Source: a virus | Lineage: Duplodnaviria > Heunggongvirae > Uroviricota > Caudoviricetes | DNA length: 64,000 nt | Reading direction: 5' to 3' (one strand) | IMG/VR virus record: IMGVR_UViG_3300042892_001069 | Notes under the pieces: model-generated | Told to the model about the DNA's origin: nothing | What the model saw: only the letters and a program-made list of their open reading frames with translations | Databases searched by the model: none | Part shown: positions 28,931-38,605 of the stretch, piece by piece | Numbering within the stretch: position 1 is the stretch's first letter | How the letters are laid out: the number at the start of each line of letters is the position of its first letter | Position numbers and translations under genes: made by a program

Positions 28931-29941
28931 ATGACTCAAAGACATAAAGCATTTTTTATCAACGGTGGTGCTGGCAGAGTGGTCTGTTCAATCCCTGCAT
29001 TGGAAAAATACGCTGAAGAAAATGGCAATGATTTTATCATTGTATGTGAGGGCGGCACTGATTTTTATAAAGGTCATCCACTATTACATGCTAGGGCATA
29101 TGACCACTGGCACAAAAACTTGTTTGAAGACAAACTAATTAACATGGATTTGGTAACCCCAGAGCCTTATAGAGTTTGGGAATATTTTAATCAAAAGTGC
29201 TCGTTGGCACAGGCATTTGATATTCTTATTAACGATAAAGGTGTTAGAGATTTACCTAAACCTACTATTAGATTGTCAAACGAAGAGCTGTTTGGCGGCT
29301 ACAACGTTATTAAAGAAGTCAAAGAAAAAACTAAAAAAGATAAGATTGTGGTAGTTCAACCGTTCGGCCGTGGTGTTAGAGCTGAAAATAACTCAATCTT
29401 TGATCCGTCCGGCCGTAGCTTTGAAGGCGTTCATACTATTAATATCATTAGAAAACTTCAAAAGAACTTTGGTGTTATTCTAATGAGCGAAGTTGGGATT
29501 GATTTCCAACAACACGGGTGTAAAGATCTAGTAGCCCATCCACAAAATGTTAGCTTACGACAGTGGGCCGGTATTATTGCCGGAGCAGATTATTTCTTAG
29601 GATGTGATTCAGTGGGGCAACACATGGCATATTCTTTGGATATTCCGGCTACTGTAATTGTAGGATCAACATTTAGCATTAATGTATCGTATCCTAATGT
29701 TGAAAAGTTTGATGTATTAGACATGGGCGGTACTGTTCGCAAATATAGCCCTATTAGAATTACCATGGACGAGGTAGCAGATCGAGGCAATGACGGGATT
29801 ATGGCAATGAATGATAAAATTGAAGATGCCATTATTTCATCTGTAAACAAAGGTGTTGCTAAATTTAAAAGAGCTAGCCAGACAACTGAACCTCTGATGA
29901 TTACTACTGCTAACGCACCAACATCTTGTTCGGCAACATAA
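28931..29941 (+). CDS. Glycosyltransferase, GT9/heptosyltransferase-like (GT-B)
   Basis: N-terminal GGAG..VCSIPAL; SLRQWAGIIAGADYFLGCDSVGQHMAYSLDIPATVIVGST. Confidence 0.75.
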   Translation: MTQRHKAFFINGGAGRVVCSIPALEKYAEENGNDFIIVCEGGTDFYKGHPLLHARAYDHWHKNLFEDKLINMDLVTPEPYRVWEYFNQKCSLAQAFDILINDKGVRDLPKPTIRLSNEELFGGYNVIKEVKEKTKKDKIVVVQPFGRGVRAENNSIFDPSGRSFEGVHTINIIRKLQKNFGVILMSEVGIDFQQHGCKDLVAHPQNVSLRQWAGIIAGADYFLGCDSVGQHMAYSLDIPATVIVGSTFSINVSYPNVEKFDVLDMGGTVRKYSPIRITMDEVADRGNDGIMAMNDKIEDAIISSVNKGVAKFKRASQTTEPLMITTANAPTSCSAT

Positions 29942-29944
29942 TTT

Positions 29945-30865
29945 ATGAAAAGACTTTTTACTTTTGGATGTAGTTATACCAGTTACTCGTGGCCTACATG
30001 GGCCGATTTAATCAGTGTACATTTTGACTCTAGTAAGAACTGGGGTCTATCGGGAATTGGAAATCGAGCAATAGCAGAACGAGTTGCCGAGGCAAATATT
30101 CGATATAAGTTTACTGAAGAAGATACTGTTATAGTACAGTGGAGCAGTCATTTACGTCATGACTTCTTCCATATGCACAGTTTGCCAGAACGAATTAGTC
30201 ACTGGAAAACTAGCGGCAGTGTGTTTAATTACATTAATGAAAAACTATACGGTAAAAAATGGATTGAAACATTTTTCTTTGAGCCAGCGTATTTTATGCA
30301 CACTTTGAATCACATAACACTTACACAGGGATTATTAAAATCCACAGGATGTAAATGGTATATGACCAGTATTGGCGATATTAGAAACATGGGCACTGAC
30401 TTAAGGACCAATTCGGGCATTGGTGAACACACTGACTTAGTAAGGCCCTACGAATTAGGCATTGACAAAGTAGCGTGGACTAAGATTCCAGAACTTGAAG
30501 TATACGATAAACCAATTTGGCAGGATCATGCTGAGCATTGGTTAGCGCCTATGGAACTGGTAGCCAAACAAACTCCGGAATTAACTTACGATTTTGTTGA
30601 CACAGTGCTTAAAAATAAAAGATTTTTAGATACGCATCCAAGTGTGTCTCAACACTTAATATGGGTTAAACAAGAATTAACCGATCGATTACAATTGTCG
30701 GATGAAACTATCGCAAATTGTGAAGAGCTAGCCGAAGCAATACAGCATGTTCACGCTAAGTTTAATTTTAATAAACAATCGTTCGAACTCATGCTAGCAA
30801 AACGCACTAATTTTCCAGTATCAGCGAGTAAATTAAATTGGCCGTTTCCAATGGAAGGCTTTTAA
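29945..30865 (+). CDS. SGNH/GDSL-like hypothetical protein
   Basis: LFTFGCSYT, NWGLSGIGN, VIVQWS, DTHPS..QH. Confidence 0.6.
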   Translation: MKRLFTFGCSYTSYSWPTWADLISVHFDSSKNWGLSGIGNRAIAERVAEANIRYKFTEEDTVIVQWSSHLRHDFFHMHSLPERISHWKTSGSVFNYINEKLYGKKWIETFFFEPAYFMHTLNHITLTQGLLKSTGCKWYMTSIGDIRNMGTDLRTNSGIGEHTDLVRPYELGIDKVAWTKIPELEVYDKPIWQDHAEHWLAPMELVAKQTPELTYDFVDTVLKNKRFLDTHPSVSQHLIWVKQELTDRLQLSDETIANCEELAEAIQHVHAKFNFNKQSFELMLAKRTNFPVSASKLNWPFPMEGF

Positions 30866-30873
30866 GGATATAT

Positions 30874-32679
30874 ATGAATGAAATTAAAAAAGACGTATGG
30901 ATTGCTGCATTGGCACGTGGACATAATAGCAGTGTATGTTTACTAAAGAATGGTGAGATAGTATTCAGCATAGAAGAAGAAAGATTAAGCAGACACAAAT
31001 ACGATGGCGGTCCATTTGCCGCTATGCTAAAAATATTAGACTATACCGATCGTTTAGATTATTTGGTTATTGCACATACTCAAAATTTGCGTGAGACCGC
31101 AGGAAGGATTGACTTTTCTGGAGATGACGTATACACTGGCCTAGCAAGAAAACTTGGACTAATCCGTCGAAACGAAAATCCAACTGACCATCCTCAAGTT
31201 GTTGACTTCAGTCATATCCACCATAAGTTACATGCCGCTTGTGCGTTTTATCGATCTGGATTCGAAGAAGCAGTTGCGCTAATTGTTGACGGTGCTGGTA
31301 CGTTTATTCCGTTGTCTATTAACAACGAGAACGTAACCGGATGGGAAACTGAAAGTATTTACAACTGTTCATACCCTGCTACATTTAAAACCATGTATAA
31401 ACACCTTGGCGTTAGAGGACCCAACGCCGGCGCTTTGATCAAAGAGTTTGACAGTAGCATGTACGATGAACCATTTTGTAGTCATGAAGCATTAATCACT
31501 GACCGTGCTGGCATTACTAAAGTGTACGAAGCAGTTACGCAGTACTGCGGCTGGAGCGGTATTGAAGCTGGCAAAACTATGGGATTATTTCCTTACGGAA
31601 AAGCCAATGATGCTATTCCGCCGCTGTTTGATACATCTACTGTGGCTCCGTTGGCTAACAGAAATATTGTTATTCCTACATACCCTAATGGCGCTGTTAT
31701 TAACGGAATGTTATTTGACTATCTTAACAGTAGCGATATCTATCAAAAGGATATGACCTATTTAGATAATCGCAGAGACCTTGCCTATGCGTGTCAAGTA
31801 CAAACTCAAGAACAAGTATTACGGTTAATTCGTAAATCAGTAGCAATGACTGGACAGAAAAAAGTAGTGATTAGTGGTGGCTACGGATTAAACTGCGTGG
31901 CAAATTATTATTACTTAGAGCAACTACGTGACGAAGGCATTGAATTATACATTGAACCTATTAGTAATGATGCAGGTACTGCTATTGGCGCTGCCTTGTT
32001 GTTTTACAAAGGCATGGAAGATCACGTTGCTGTTGACTATTCTAAAGACGGGTTGTATCTTGGATTTAAATATGATTATTCTGTAGATGATCTTACTAGT
32101 ATTGCTGCCAAATACGATGTTGAAATAACAGATGCGTCAAACGACGATATTGTTGAGCTATTAATGAATAAACACATTGTTACTATATATCAAGGACGCA
32201 GTGAAAATGGTCCACGTGCGCTAGGAAATAGATCAATCTTGTTTAATCCTACATATGAAGACGGTAAAGACTTTGTTAATGAAGTTAAACATCGTGAATA
32301 TTTCCGTCCGTTTGCTGGAACAATTCTTCAAGAGCACGTACACGAGTGGTTTGATCTACGAGGCATGGATGATAGCCCGCATATGATGTATGCTGTAAAC
32401 TGTCAGCCAGGTGTAGAAGCAAAGATTCCGGCAATTATTCACATTGACGGAACATGCCGTATACAAACTGTTACAGAAGAACAGAATAAACATTACTATG
32501 AGTTGATTAAAGCATTCCATAGCAAGACCGGAGTACCAATTTTGTTTAATACTAGTTTTAATCTCGGCGGAGATCCATTAGTTGAAACGCTTGATGATGC
32601 TATTACTACTTTACAACAAAGCAGAATCGAATACTTGTATTTGCCAGAGTTGGGTAAACTAATAAAAGTGGCCAACTAA
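30874..32679 (+). CDS. Carbamoyltransferase (NodU/CmcH family); start revised to MNEIKK
   Basis: HNSS..EEERLSRHK, HHKLHA, VDGAG, GKTMGL.PYG, SGGYGLNC, NDAG, GPRALGNRS, KHREYFRPFA, HIDGTCRIQT, NTSFN. Confidence 0.95.
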   Translation: MNEIKKDVWIAALARGHNSSVCLLKNGEIVFSIEEERLSRHKYDGGPFAAMLKILDYTDRLDYLVIAHTQNLRETAGRIDFSGDDVYTGLARKLGLIRRNENPTDHPQVVDFSHIHHKLHAACAFYRSGFEEAVALIVDGAGTFIPLSINNENVTGWETESIYNCSYPATFKTMYKHLGVRGPNAGALIKEFDSSMYDEPFCSHEALITDRAGITKVYEAVTQYCGWSGIEAGKTMGLFPYGKANDAIPPLFDTSTVAPLANRNIVIPTYPNGAVINGMLFDYLNSSDIYQKDMTYLDNRRDLAYACQVQTQEQVLRLIRKSVAMTGQKKVVISGGYGLNCVANYYYLEQLRDEGIELYIEPISNDAGTAIGAALLFYKGMEDHVAVDYSKDGLYLGFKYDYSVDDLTSIAAKYDVEITDASNDDIVELLMNKHIVTIYQGRSENGPRALGNRSILFNPTYEDGKDFVNEVKHREYFRPFAGTILQEHVHEWFDLRGMDDSPHMMYAVNCQPGVEAKIPAIIHIDGTCRIQTVTEEQNKHYYELIKAFHSKTGVPILFNTSFNLGGDPLVETLDDAITTLQQSRIEYLYLPELGKLIKVAN

Positions 32680-34178
32680 TGCGCATAGTTATAGTTGGTG
32701 GCGGAACTGCTGGATGGCTTACTGCCATTATAGGGTTAGCCACCTCCCCGGAACATACATATACAGTTTTAGAAAGTAGCCAAATTGGTATTATTGGAGT
32801 AGGTGAATCTACTACTGGATTTTTCACAGATCTGTTTCAAGATGATCTGCGTAGTATGGGTGTAGATCACGATGACTTTATGATCAAAACTGGTGCTACA
32901 TGCAAGTTAGGCATACATCATCGCGGGTGGGGTCAAGATCCTAACCAAAGTTATCTTGCCCCACTAGACGGGTCATCTACACAATTTGAGTCTCGTGATC
33001 ATGCCTTTGAATTTGCGTTAAAACAACTGCCAGTTGAGGATCTAATTACTATAAGTCATACTGGATTTCTCATGAAGCACGGACTTAGTAACATGGACCG
33101 GACTGGTCGATTTACCCGTCACGGTCACGCACTTCATGTTGATGGTACATTAACTGGTCAATACTTTAAAAAGCATTGTTTACAAAAAGAAAATTGTCAT
33201 CATATAGATAGCGAACTAGTTTCAGTTAATATAGGTGAGGATTCTCTCATCAGTAGTATACAACTAGCCGATGGTAGTCAATTAGAAGGCGACTTGTTTA
33301 TTGATTGTACAGGATTTTCAAGATTGTTAATCAAAGCTATGGGAGCAAAATGGGTCAGTTATAAGCAGTGGCTACCAGTAGATCGAGGTATGCCGTTTTT
33401 AGAAAAATATGCGGATGACGAATTACCAGAAGCATGGACTACTGCTCATGCTCAAAAGAATGGTTGGATGTGGACTACTCCATTACTAGACCGAAAAGGT
33501 AACGGATATGTATACAGTAGCGATCATGTAACTGACGAACAAGCACAAGATGATATAGAAATAGCGTTAGGTCGTAAGATAAATCCTGTTAAAATAGTTA
33601 AATTTGATGCCGGTCGACAAGACCAAGCATGGATTGGCAACTGTGTTAGCATTGGACTTAGCAGTAGTTTTTTAGAACCGCTGGAAGCAACTAGCATACA
33701 TACATCCATTGTTCAAATTAAAATGTTATTTAAAGAATATATTTGTGCTACTAAAGAACAAACATTAAATCCTGGTATTATTAAAACTTATAATCAGAGA
33801 TGGAGCAAGCAAATTGATGATCTCAAAGATTTTTTAGTAATGCACTATCAGGGCGGTAGAACTGACACTGAATTTTGGAAGTATATTACTAGCGGAGCAA
33901 CTCAGACTGACTCGGTTAAGACTCTAATGGATATGGCCCGTGTTCGAACGTTGTCCTATAACGATTTCCCAAGATATTGGGGAGTTGCCGGTTGGAGTTT
34001 ATATTCTTGGGTTATGGCAGGGTTAGGATTATTTGATAATTTACCTGCTAATGACAATCCTGAATGGTTGTTTGATCAAGAAATATCATATTTAGAACTT
34101 CAACAACGTATGGCGCAATTATATGGCAACAATTTAACACATGCCGAATATATTAATTTCATACAATCTAAACGTTGA
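32679..34178 (+). CDS. Flavin-dependent halogenase (tryptophan halogenase/PrnA family)
   Basis: GGGTAGW, GVGEST, Lys in TCKLGI, FIDCTGF, GWMWTTPL, FLEPLEATSI, R.DTEFW. Confidence 0.9.
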   Translation: MRIVIVGGGTAGWLTAIIGLATSPEHTYTVLESSQIGIIGVGESTTGFFTDLFQDDLRSMGVDHDDFMIKTGATCKLGIHHRGWGQDPNQSYLAPLDGSSTQFESRDHAFEFALKQLPVEDLITISHTGFLMKHGLSNMDRTGRFTRHGHALHVDGTLTGQYFKKHCLQKENCHHIDSELVSVNIGEDSLISSIQLADGSQLEGDLFIDCTGFSRLLIKAMGAKWVSYKQWLPVDRGMPFLEKYADDELPEAWTTAHAQKNGWMWTTPLLDRKGNGYVYSSDHVTDEQAQDDIEIALGRKINPVKIVKFDAGRQDQAWIGNCVSIGLSSSFLEPLEATSIHTSIVQIKMLFKEYICATKEQTLNPGIIKTYNQRWSKQIDDLKDFLVMHYQGGRTDTEFWKYITSGATQTDSVKTLMDMARVRTLSYNDFPRYWGVAGWSLYSWVMAGLGLFDNLPANDNPEWLFDQEISYLELQQRMAQLYGNNLTHAEYINFIQSKR

Positions 34179-34191
34179 TAATTCATTTAAT

Positions 34192-34220
34192 AAAAAAGCC
34201 CCTTAATTGGGGCTTTTTTT
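34192..34220. terminator. Bidirectional intrinsic terminator between convergent operons
   Basis: AAAAAA-GCCCC-ttaatt-GGGGC-TTTTTT. Confidence 0.88.
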
Positions 34221-34875
34221 ATAGTGTTCCGTCCGGTTTAGCGTACGGCTGTAGTTTCCAGGGATCAGTTGTTGGGAGTTGTCCGCTACTAGCGGCTCCG
34301 TGAACTTGTGGAATATCTCTTAATTTTTGTCTATATGCTTCCCATTCAGCTGTTAACGATGCTGGTAGATCTGGAACTACTCGATCGTCGCTTTGCGCTA
34401 GTTCAGAATTACGACCTTTTCGAAACTGTTCCCATGTGATATGGGGTTTCTTCCAAGGATACGGAGTTACAAATTGGTTAGTTGTTGGATTGTATGCTAT
34501 TTCAGTTGCTTCGTATGTGTGATCCGGAACTGGATTCAACGGTCGAGTATATACTGTACCGTCAGGAAGTTCTTCTTCATACTGAGGAAGTAGTGAATGA
34601 TCACTAGGATCATCAGCACCTACTAAACAACATAACAGAGGATTTGTTTCACAATCAACCATTATTTTATATTGATCTAATGGCGTTGGATATATATCTC
34701 CGTCTTCTTCTTTGGTCTTAAAGTGACAATTTATTACGTTTGTTTCTTTATCAATAAAGATCCAAATTTTGTCAGGACCATTGTATGTCCATTCTGCAGT
34801 TTTACCTAGGTCATTTGTTTGGTACAAATAATCGTCGGCTATATCGTATGTAAAAGTTTTTGTTATTTTTGCCAT
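34219..34875 (-). CDS. Tail fibre assembly chaperone-like protein
   Basis: W..FRKGRNSELAQSD..WEAYRQKLRDIP. Confidence 0.8.
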   Translation of the reverse strand: MAKITKTFTYDIADDYLYQTNDLGKTAEWTYNGPDKIWIFIDKETNVINCHFKTKEEDGDIYPTPLDQYKIMVDCETNPLLCCLVGADDPSDHSLLPQYEEELPDGTVYTRPLNPVPDHTYEATEIAYNPTTNQFVTPYPWKKPHITWEQFRKGRNSELAQSDDRVVPDLPASLTAEWEAYRQKLRDIPQVHGAASSGQLPTTDPWKLQPYAKPDGTL

Positions 34876-34879
34876 AATT

Positions 34880-35635
34880 TTAACCGTATGTAATTGAAAC
34901 TAATCCGCCACCGCCCCACATTCCTGGGAAGCAACTGCCGCCGTATGCTTGTGCGCTAGTGCCGCCGCCGCCTGGAAATACTGAGCAAGGGAACCAGTCA
35001 TTACAACCACCAGTGGCGCCAAGATTCATACAACCGCCCATGCCGTACTGTGGTCCTGAAACTGTTCCTGGAGCAGTTGAAGCGTGTTGTTGGCCATATT
35101 GTTGACACCAAGTACTTGATGTATATGTAGATTGGCCGCCGTGAATACAAACGTCGCCACCGTATGCGCAACAGCAATAAGGATTTGCTGTTGAACAAGT
35201 GTAGCAAGATAGATACAACCAACATGTTGTATTACCATAATGGCCACCGCTTGCGCAAAGATTACTTGTGCCAAACCCGTTTACATAACTAGTACACCCG
35301 GCACAACCAATACAACTACATGCCGCAGTGGTAGTGCTACCGGCACAGATAGTATATTGACAACCAGCTAATGTTGGGCTGCACACTGTTTTATTAACAT
35401 ATGCTCCGCTACCGCCTGGCCACCCTTGCATGCAACAGCAAGCGCCTGCGCCTCCGCCACCACCACCCCATATTTCAAATAATATCCATGTTGAACCAGC
35501 GGGTACAGTGAATAGACAACAACGTCCACCGTTATTCTGTGTGTTAACACTAGTTCCGTATATTAATATTTCTTGAGGATAGTTAGTTGCTGCATCAACT
35601 GGGATTGAATATAATAAAGTTCTTAAATCTGACAT
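34880..35635 (-). CDS. Cys-rich polyglycine adhesin-like protein
   Basis: FTVPAG..FEIWGGGGGG..GGSGAY..FPGGGG..GGGGLVSITY; 25 Cys in 251 aa. Confidence 0.8.
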   Translation of the reverse strand: MSDLRTLLYSIPVDAATNYPQEILIYGTSVNTQNNGGRCCLFTVPAGSTWILFEIWGGGGGGAGACCCMQGWPGGSGAYVNKTVCSPTLAGCQYTICAGSTTTAACSCIGCAGCTSYVNGFGTSNLCASGGHYGNTTCWLYLSCYTCSTANPYCCCAYGGDVCIHGGQSTYTSSTWCQQYGQQHASTAPGTVSGPQYGMGGCMNLGATGGCNDWFPCSVFPGGGGTSAQAYGGSCFPGMWGGGGLVSITYG

Positions 35636-35648
35636 GAATGTTCCTGTT

Positions 35649-36413
35649 TTATTTGTATGTTACAACTACCATACCGCCGGAACCCCAACCGCCCCAACAG
35701 CAAGGACCATTATATGACATGGCTCCACCACCGCCACCGCCTGGAAATTGGTTTGCGTTACCTTCAGAAGCCGCACAGCCCATCCAATATTCACCGCAAT
35801 GTGTTCTTGAAATTCTGGCGCCTGCTCCAATTACTGGTCCGCCTGGAACCATATGCCATGCGTCAAATCCGCACCATGATGCGTGAGCAGATCCCATAAG
35901 TCCACAAATGGCAAAATCAGCATTACAAGTTGATCCGCAAATATGTGAAGGGCAATGGAAACAACTAGCAATAGCCCAGAAACATGATGACTCGCCACCT
36001 GCGCCACCACTGGCACACAAGCATAGAGCACTTGGAGTTGCGCTAGCGTTACATGCGTACGACGGAAATCCGTTAGTACCTCTACATGGCTGACTGCAGC
36101 ATCCTGACCCGCCGGCACAGATTGTAAATGTTTGGCCTGGGGTTACACGAATAGTTCTACGAGCATATGATCCTGACCCGCCGCCGCGACTTGGTTGCAT
36201 ACAGCAACAAGCGCCAGGGCCATCGCCGCCACCGCCCCATACTTCAAACTTAGCCCATACTGAGCCAGTTGGCACAGTCCACAAGCAACAACGCCCACCA
36301 TCATTGGCAGCATTGCCTTGGTTACCGTTATAAACTGATAACACGCCAAACGCATTTGTTGGGTATGTTAAGTTAAATCTAGTGTCTGGAAATAAATCTC
36401 TTAAATTTGACAT
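35649..36413 (-). CDS. Cys-rich polyglycine adhesin-like protein; start revised to MSNLRDL
   Basis: Paralogous N-terminus; WTVPTG..FEVWGGGG..GACCC; 23 Cys in 254 aa. Confidence 0.8.
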   Translation of the reverse strand: MSNLRDLFPDTRFNLTYPTNAFGVLSVYNGNQGNAANDGGRCCLWTVPTGSVWAKFEVWGGGGDGPGACCCMQPSRGGGSGSYARRTIRVTPGQTFTICAGGSGCCSQPCRGTNGFPSYACNASATPSALCLCASGGAGGESSCFWAIASCFHCPSHICGSTCNADFAICGLMGSAHASWCGFDAWHMVPGGPVIGAGARISRTHCGEYWMGCAASEGNANQFPGGGGGGAMSYNGPCCWGGWGSGGMVVVTYK

Positions 36414-36420
36414 AGTAGAA

Positions 36421-37107
36421 TTATCCCGGATTTGATGGTAGTAAGTCTGCTCTAACAACAAATGGCTCTTCAGGGAAAATTACCTTCCAAGGATCAACTC
36501 CGGCAAATGTTGCTGGAAGATCTCTTAGTTTTTGTCTGTATTCTTCCCACGCAGGTATTTGTTCAGGTGTTGCAAGACGAAGCTGTCTATCGCTGGCTGC
36601 TAATCCGCTTTCTCTTACTTTCTTTAACATTTCCCAATCCATATGTGGCTTTTTCCATGGATACGGTTTTACAAATTGACCGGTGGTAGGATTATATTCA
36701 ATTTCAGTTAATTCGTATGTGTGATCCGGTGGAACATTTACAGGGTGTCCGTAGGTTGTGCCTTCTGGTAACTGTTCAACAGTCTGCGGCAAAGTTCCGT
36801 AGTCTATTTCATTATGGAATAAACTGATCAGTTCTGGACTGACGGTTGCGTCGACCATCACTTTAGTCATACCAGTTGGTGTTGGAACATCAGCCCCGTT
36901 ATCTTTCTCAGTATAGTGAAATCTACTGGATATTTTATTAGAATGATTATCAACAAAAACCCAAATTTTATCCGGGCCGGTATAAGTCCATTCACATGTT
37001 TTTTTAAGTGTATCAGTTAGATACAGATATTTGTCCGGTACCGGATATGTAAATGTTTTTGTAATTATAGTATTTGTTGGTAATTCAGGTGTATTATTCT
37101 CAGACAT
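36421..37107 (-). CDS. Tail fibre assembly chaperone-like protein; start revised to MSENNT
   Basis: Paralog of 34219-34875; WEEYRQKLRDLP; TAAGGA upstream. Confidence 0.8.
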   Translation of the reverse strand: MSENNTPELPTNTIITKTFTYPVPDKYLYLTDTLKKTCEWTYTGPDKIWVFVDNHSNKISSRFHYTEKDNGADVPTPTGMTKVMVDATVSPELISLFHNEIDYGTLPQTVEQLPEGTTYGHPVNVPPDHTYELTEIEYNPTTGQFVKPYPWKKPHMDWEMLKKVRESGLAASDRQLRLATPEQIPAWEEYRQKLRDLPATFAGVDPWKVIFPEEPFVVRADLLPSNPG

Positions 37108-37127
37108 TGTTTCTCTTTCCTTATTTT

Positions 37128-37907
37128 TTAACCGTACGTTATTAGTACTAGGCCGCCGGCACCCCAGCCACCCCAACAGCATCCGCCGCCACAAGCAGAT
37201 GAAGGAGTCCCCATTCCTGCTGGCCACTTAGACCCTTGCATTGCTTCACACCCCATACGGGTATTATTATTTGTACAGCGTTCTAGGCCGGTTCTTGTTG
37301 ACATTCCATATTTAGGAGCGCCAGTTGCTGCAAACCATTGGCTACTAAAGCAATAGTTTGAATCTTTTGCAGTTCCACCAATCGATGCTATACCAATATC
37401 AGGCTGTCTAGCAGAGGCAGGCGCACATAAATTACAACCAAAGTTTTGAGCACCGTTACAGATTCCAGTACATCCCCAGAACCCGTGCCAGCAACCAACG
37501 CATCCAGTGTATCCGCCACCTGCGCAAATTACTTGTTGTCCGTTTGCTCCACAGTTAACCCAACTAGGGAATCCGCAAGTACCGCAATGACTTTGAGCAC
37601 AGCATCCTGATCCGGCGGCGCATGTACAAAAATATTGTCCCGCAGTAACTTTAAGTGAAATTTTTGCGTAGTGTCCAGTTCCTGGTCCACAGCATCCTAG
37701 CCCTGAACAACAGCAAGCACCGCCGCCATCGCCGCCTGCGCCCCATAATTCAAAAGATGCCCACGTTGCGCCGAATGGCACAATCCAGCAACAGCAACAG
37801 CCACCGTTTTGAACGTTACTGATACTGTTATGGTATATTGCTAGCTGTATTAGTTTATAGTTAGCTGTTGGCTTTACAATTGGTAATAAGTCGCGTAATG
37901 ATGACAT
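37128..37907 (-). CDS. Cys-rich polyglycine adhesin-like protein
   Basis: GGCCCCWIVP..FELWGAGG..GACCC..CCWGGWGAGGLVLITY; 29 Cys in 259 aa. Confidence 0.8.
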   Translation of the reverse strand: MSSLRDLLPIVKPTANYKLIQLAIYHNSISNVQNGGCCCCWIVPFGATWASFELWGAGGDGGGACCCSGLGCCGPGTGHYAKISLKVTAGQYFCTCAAGSGCCAQSHCGTCGFPSWVNCGANGQQVICAGGGYTGCVGCWHGFWGCTGICNGAQNFGCNLCAPASARQPDIGIASIGGTAKDSNYCFSSQWFAATGAPKYGMSTRTGLERCTNNNTRMGCEAMQGSKWPAGMGTPSSACGGGCCWGGWGAGGLVLITYG

Positions 37908-37922
37908 TCGATTTTTCCGTTA

Positions 37923-38246
37923 TTATTTTAAGATTGTCCAGCCTAACGCAACACTATAACATAATGTAACACACGCATTATTAACGTTAACAGTTAAGTT
38001 TTCTGCCAAGTTTTGAATGTTTGCGCCATTTCTAGCAATAGTAATGTTACTGGCGCCTGCGAATCCGCCGCAATCAATAATCTGTACAGTGTCACCGTCA
38101 ATACATGACGAGGCTACTGGTAACGTAATAGTCTGGCCGCCGGCCGTACATAAAATACGATCGTTGACTAGCGCATTATACGCTGTTCCTGCATTAACCC
38201 TAGTAACTGATCCAGCAGTTCCAGTTGTTGTTATATATCTTCCCAT
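37923..38246 (-). CDS. Small fibre tip/adaptor-like protein
   Basis: TITLP....GDTVQIID...NITIARNGANI..L.Y....GW; TAAATA and AAGGA upstream. Confidence 0.65.
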   Translation of the reverse strand: MGRYITTTGTAGSVTRVNAGTAYNALVNDRILCTAGGQTITLPVASSCIDGDTVQIIDCGGFAGASNITIARNGANIQNLAENLTVNVNNACVTLCYSVALGWTILK

Positions 38247-38272
38247 TGTGAAAGTTCCTTTATCAGTTGTAT

Positions 38273-38593
38273 TTATGCCGTCGGCGTTTCGATGCCAAAC
38301 GCAACAGCATTAACGTTTGCTGTACTTGACCAAACTACTAGGTACTTTCCAGCATCTAGTACAAGTCCAGTACGTTCAAGTACGCCCTTTGGCATTATTT
38401 CTGTATCAAATTCAATCCACTCATCAACTGTTGGCGTTGCCACTGCCGAAATTGCTACTCTGCAGGTTACCGCAGAATTACTTCTATTGCAAACTGATAT
38501 AGTTGCTACTGTAAATGTAGTCGACGGAACTGTATAGACCGTCGTATTTGTAGATGCCAATAAGTTTGCTGTTCCTAATCTTCCTGTTGCCAT
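38273..38593 (-). CDS. Small virion connector-like protein
   Basis: YTVP..SVCNR..LERTGLVL; related to 54048-54374 and 63142-63492. Confidence 0.7.
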   Translation of the reverse strand: MATGRLGTANLLASTNTTVYTVPSTTFTVATISVCNRSNSAVTCRVAISAVATPTVDEWIEFDTEIMPKGVLERTGLVLDAGKYLVVWSSTANVNAVAFGIETPTA

Positions 38594-38605
38594 AATAATT
38601 CTCCG

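Noticed and set aside
34880-37907. Diversity-generating retroelement or invertible cassette behind the three adhesin variants
   Set aside because: No reverse transcriptase or invertase in the window, no near-identical template/variable repeat pair seen, and all copies are co-oriented and diverged throughout
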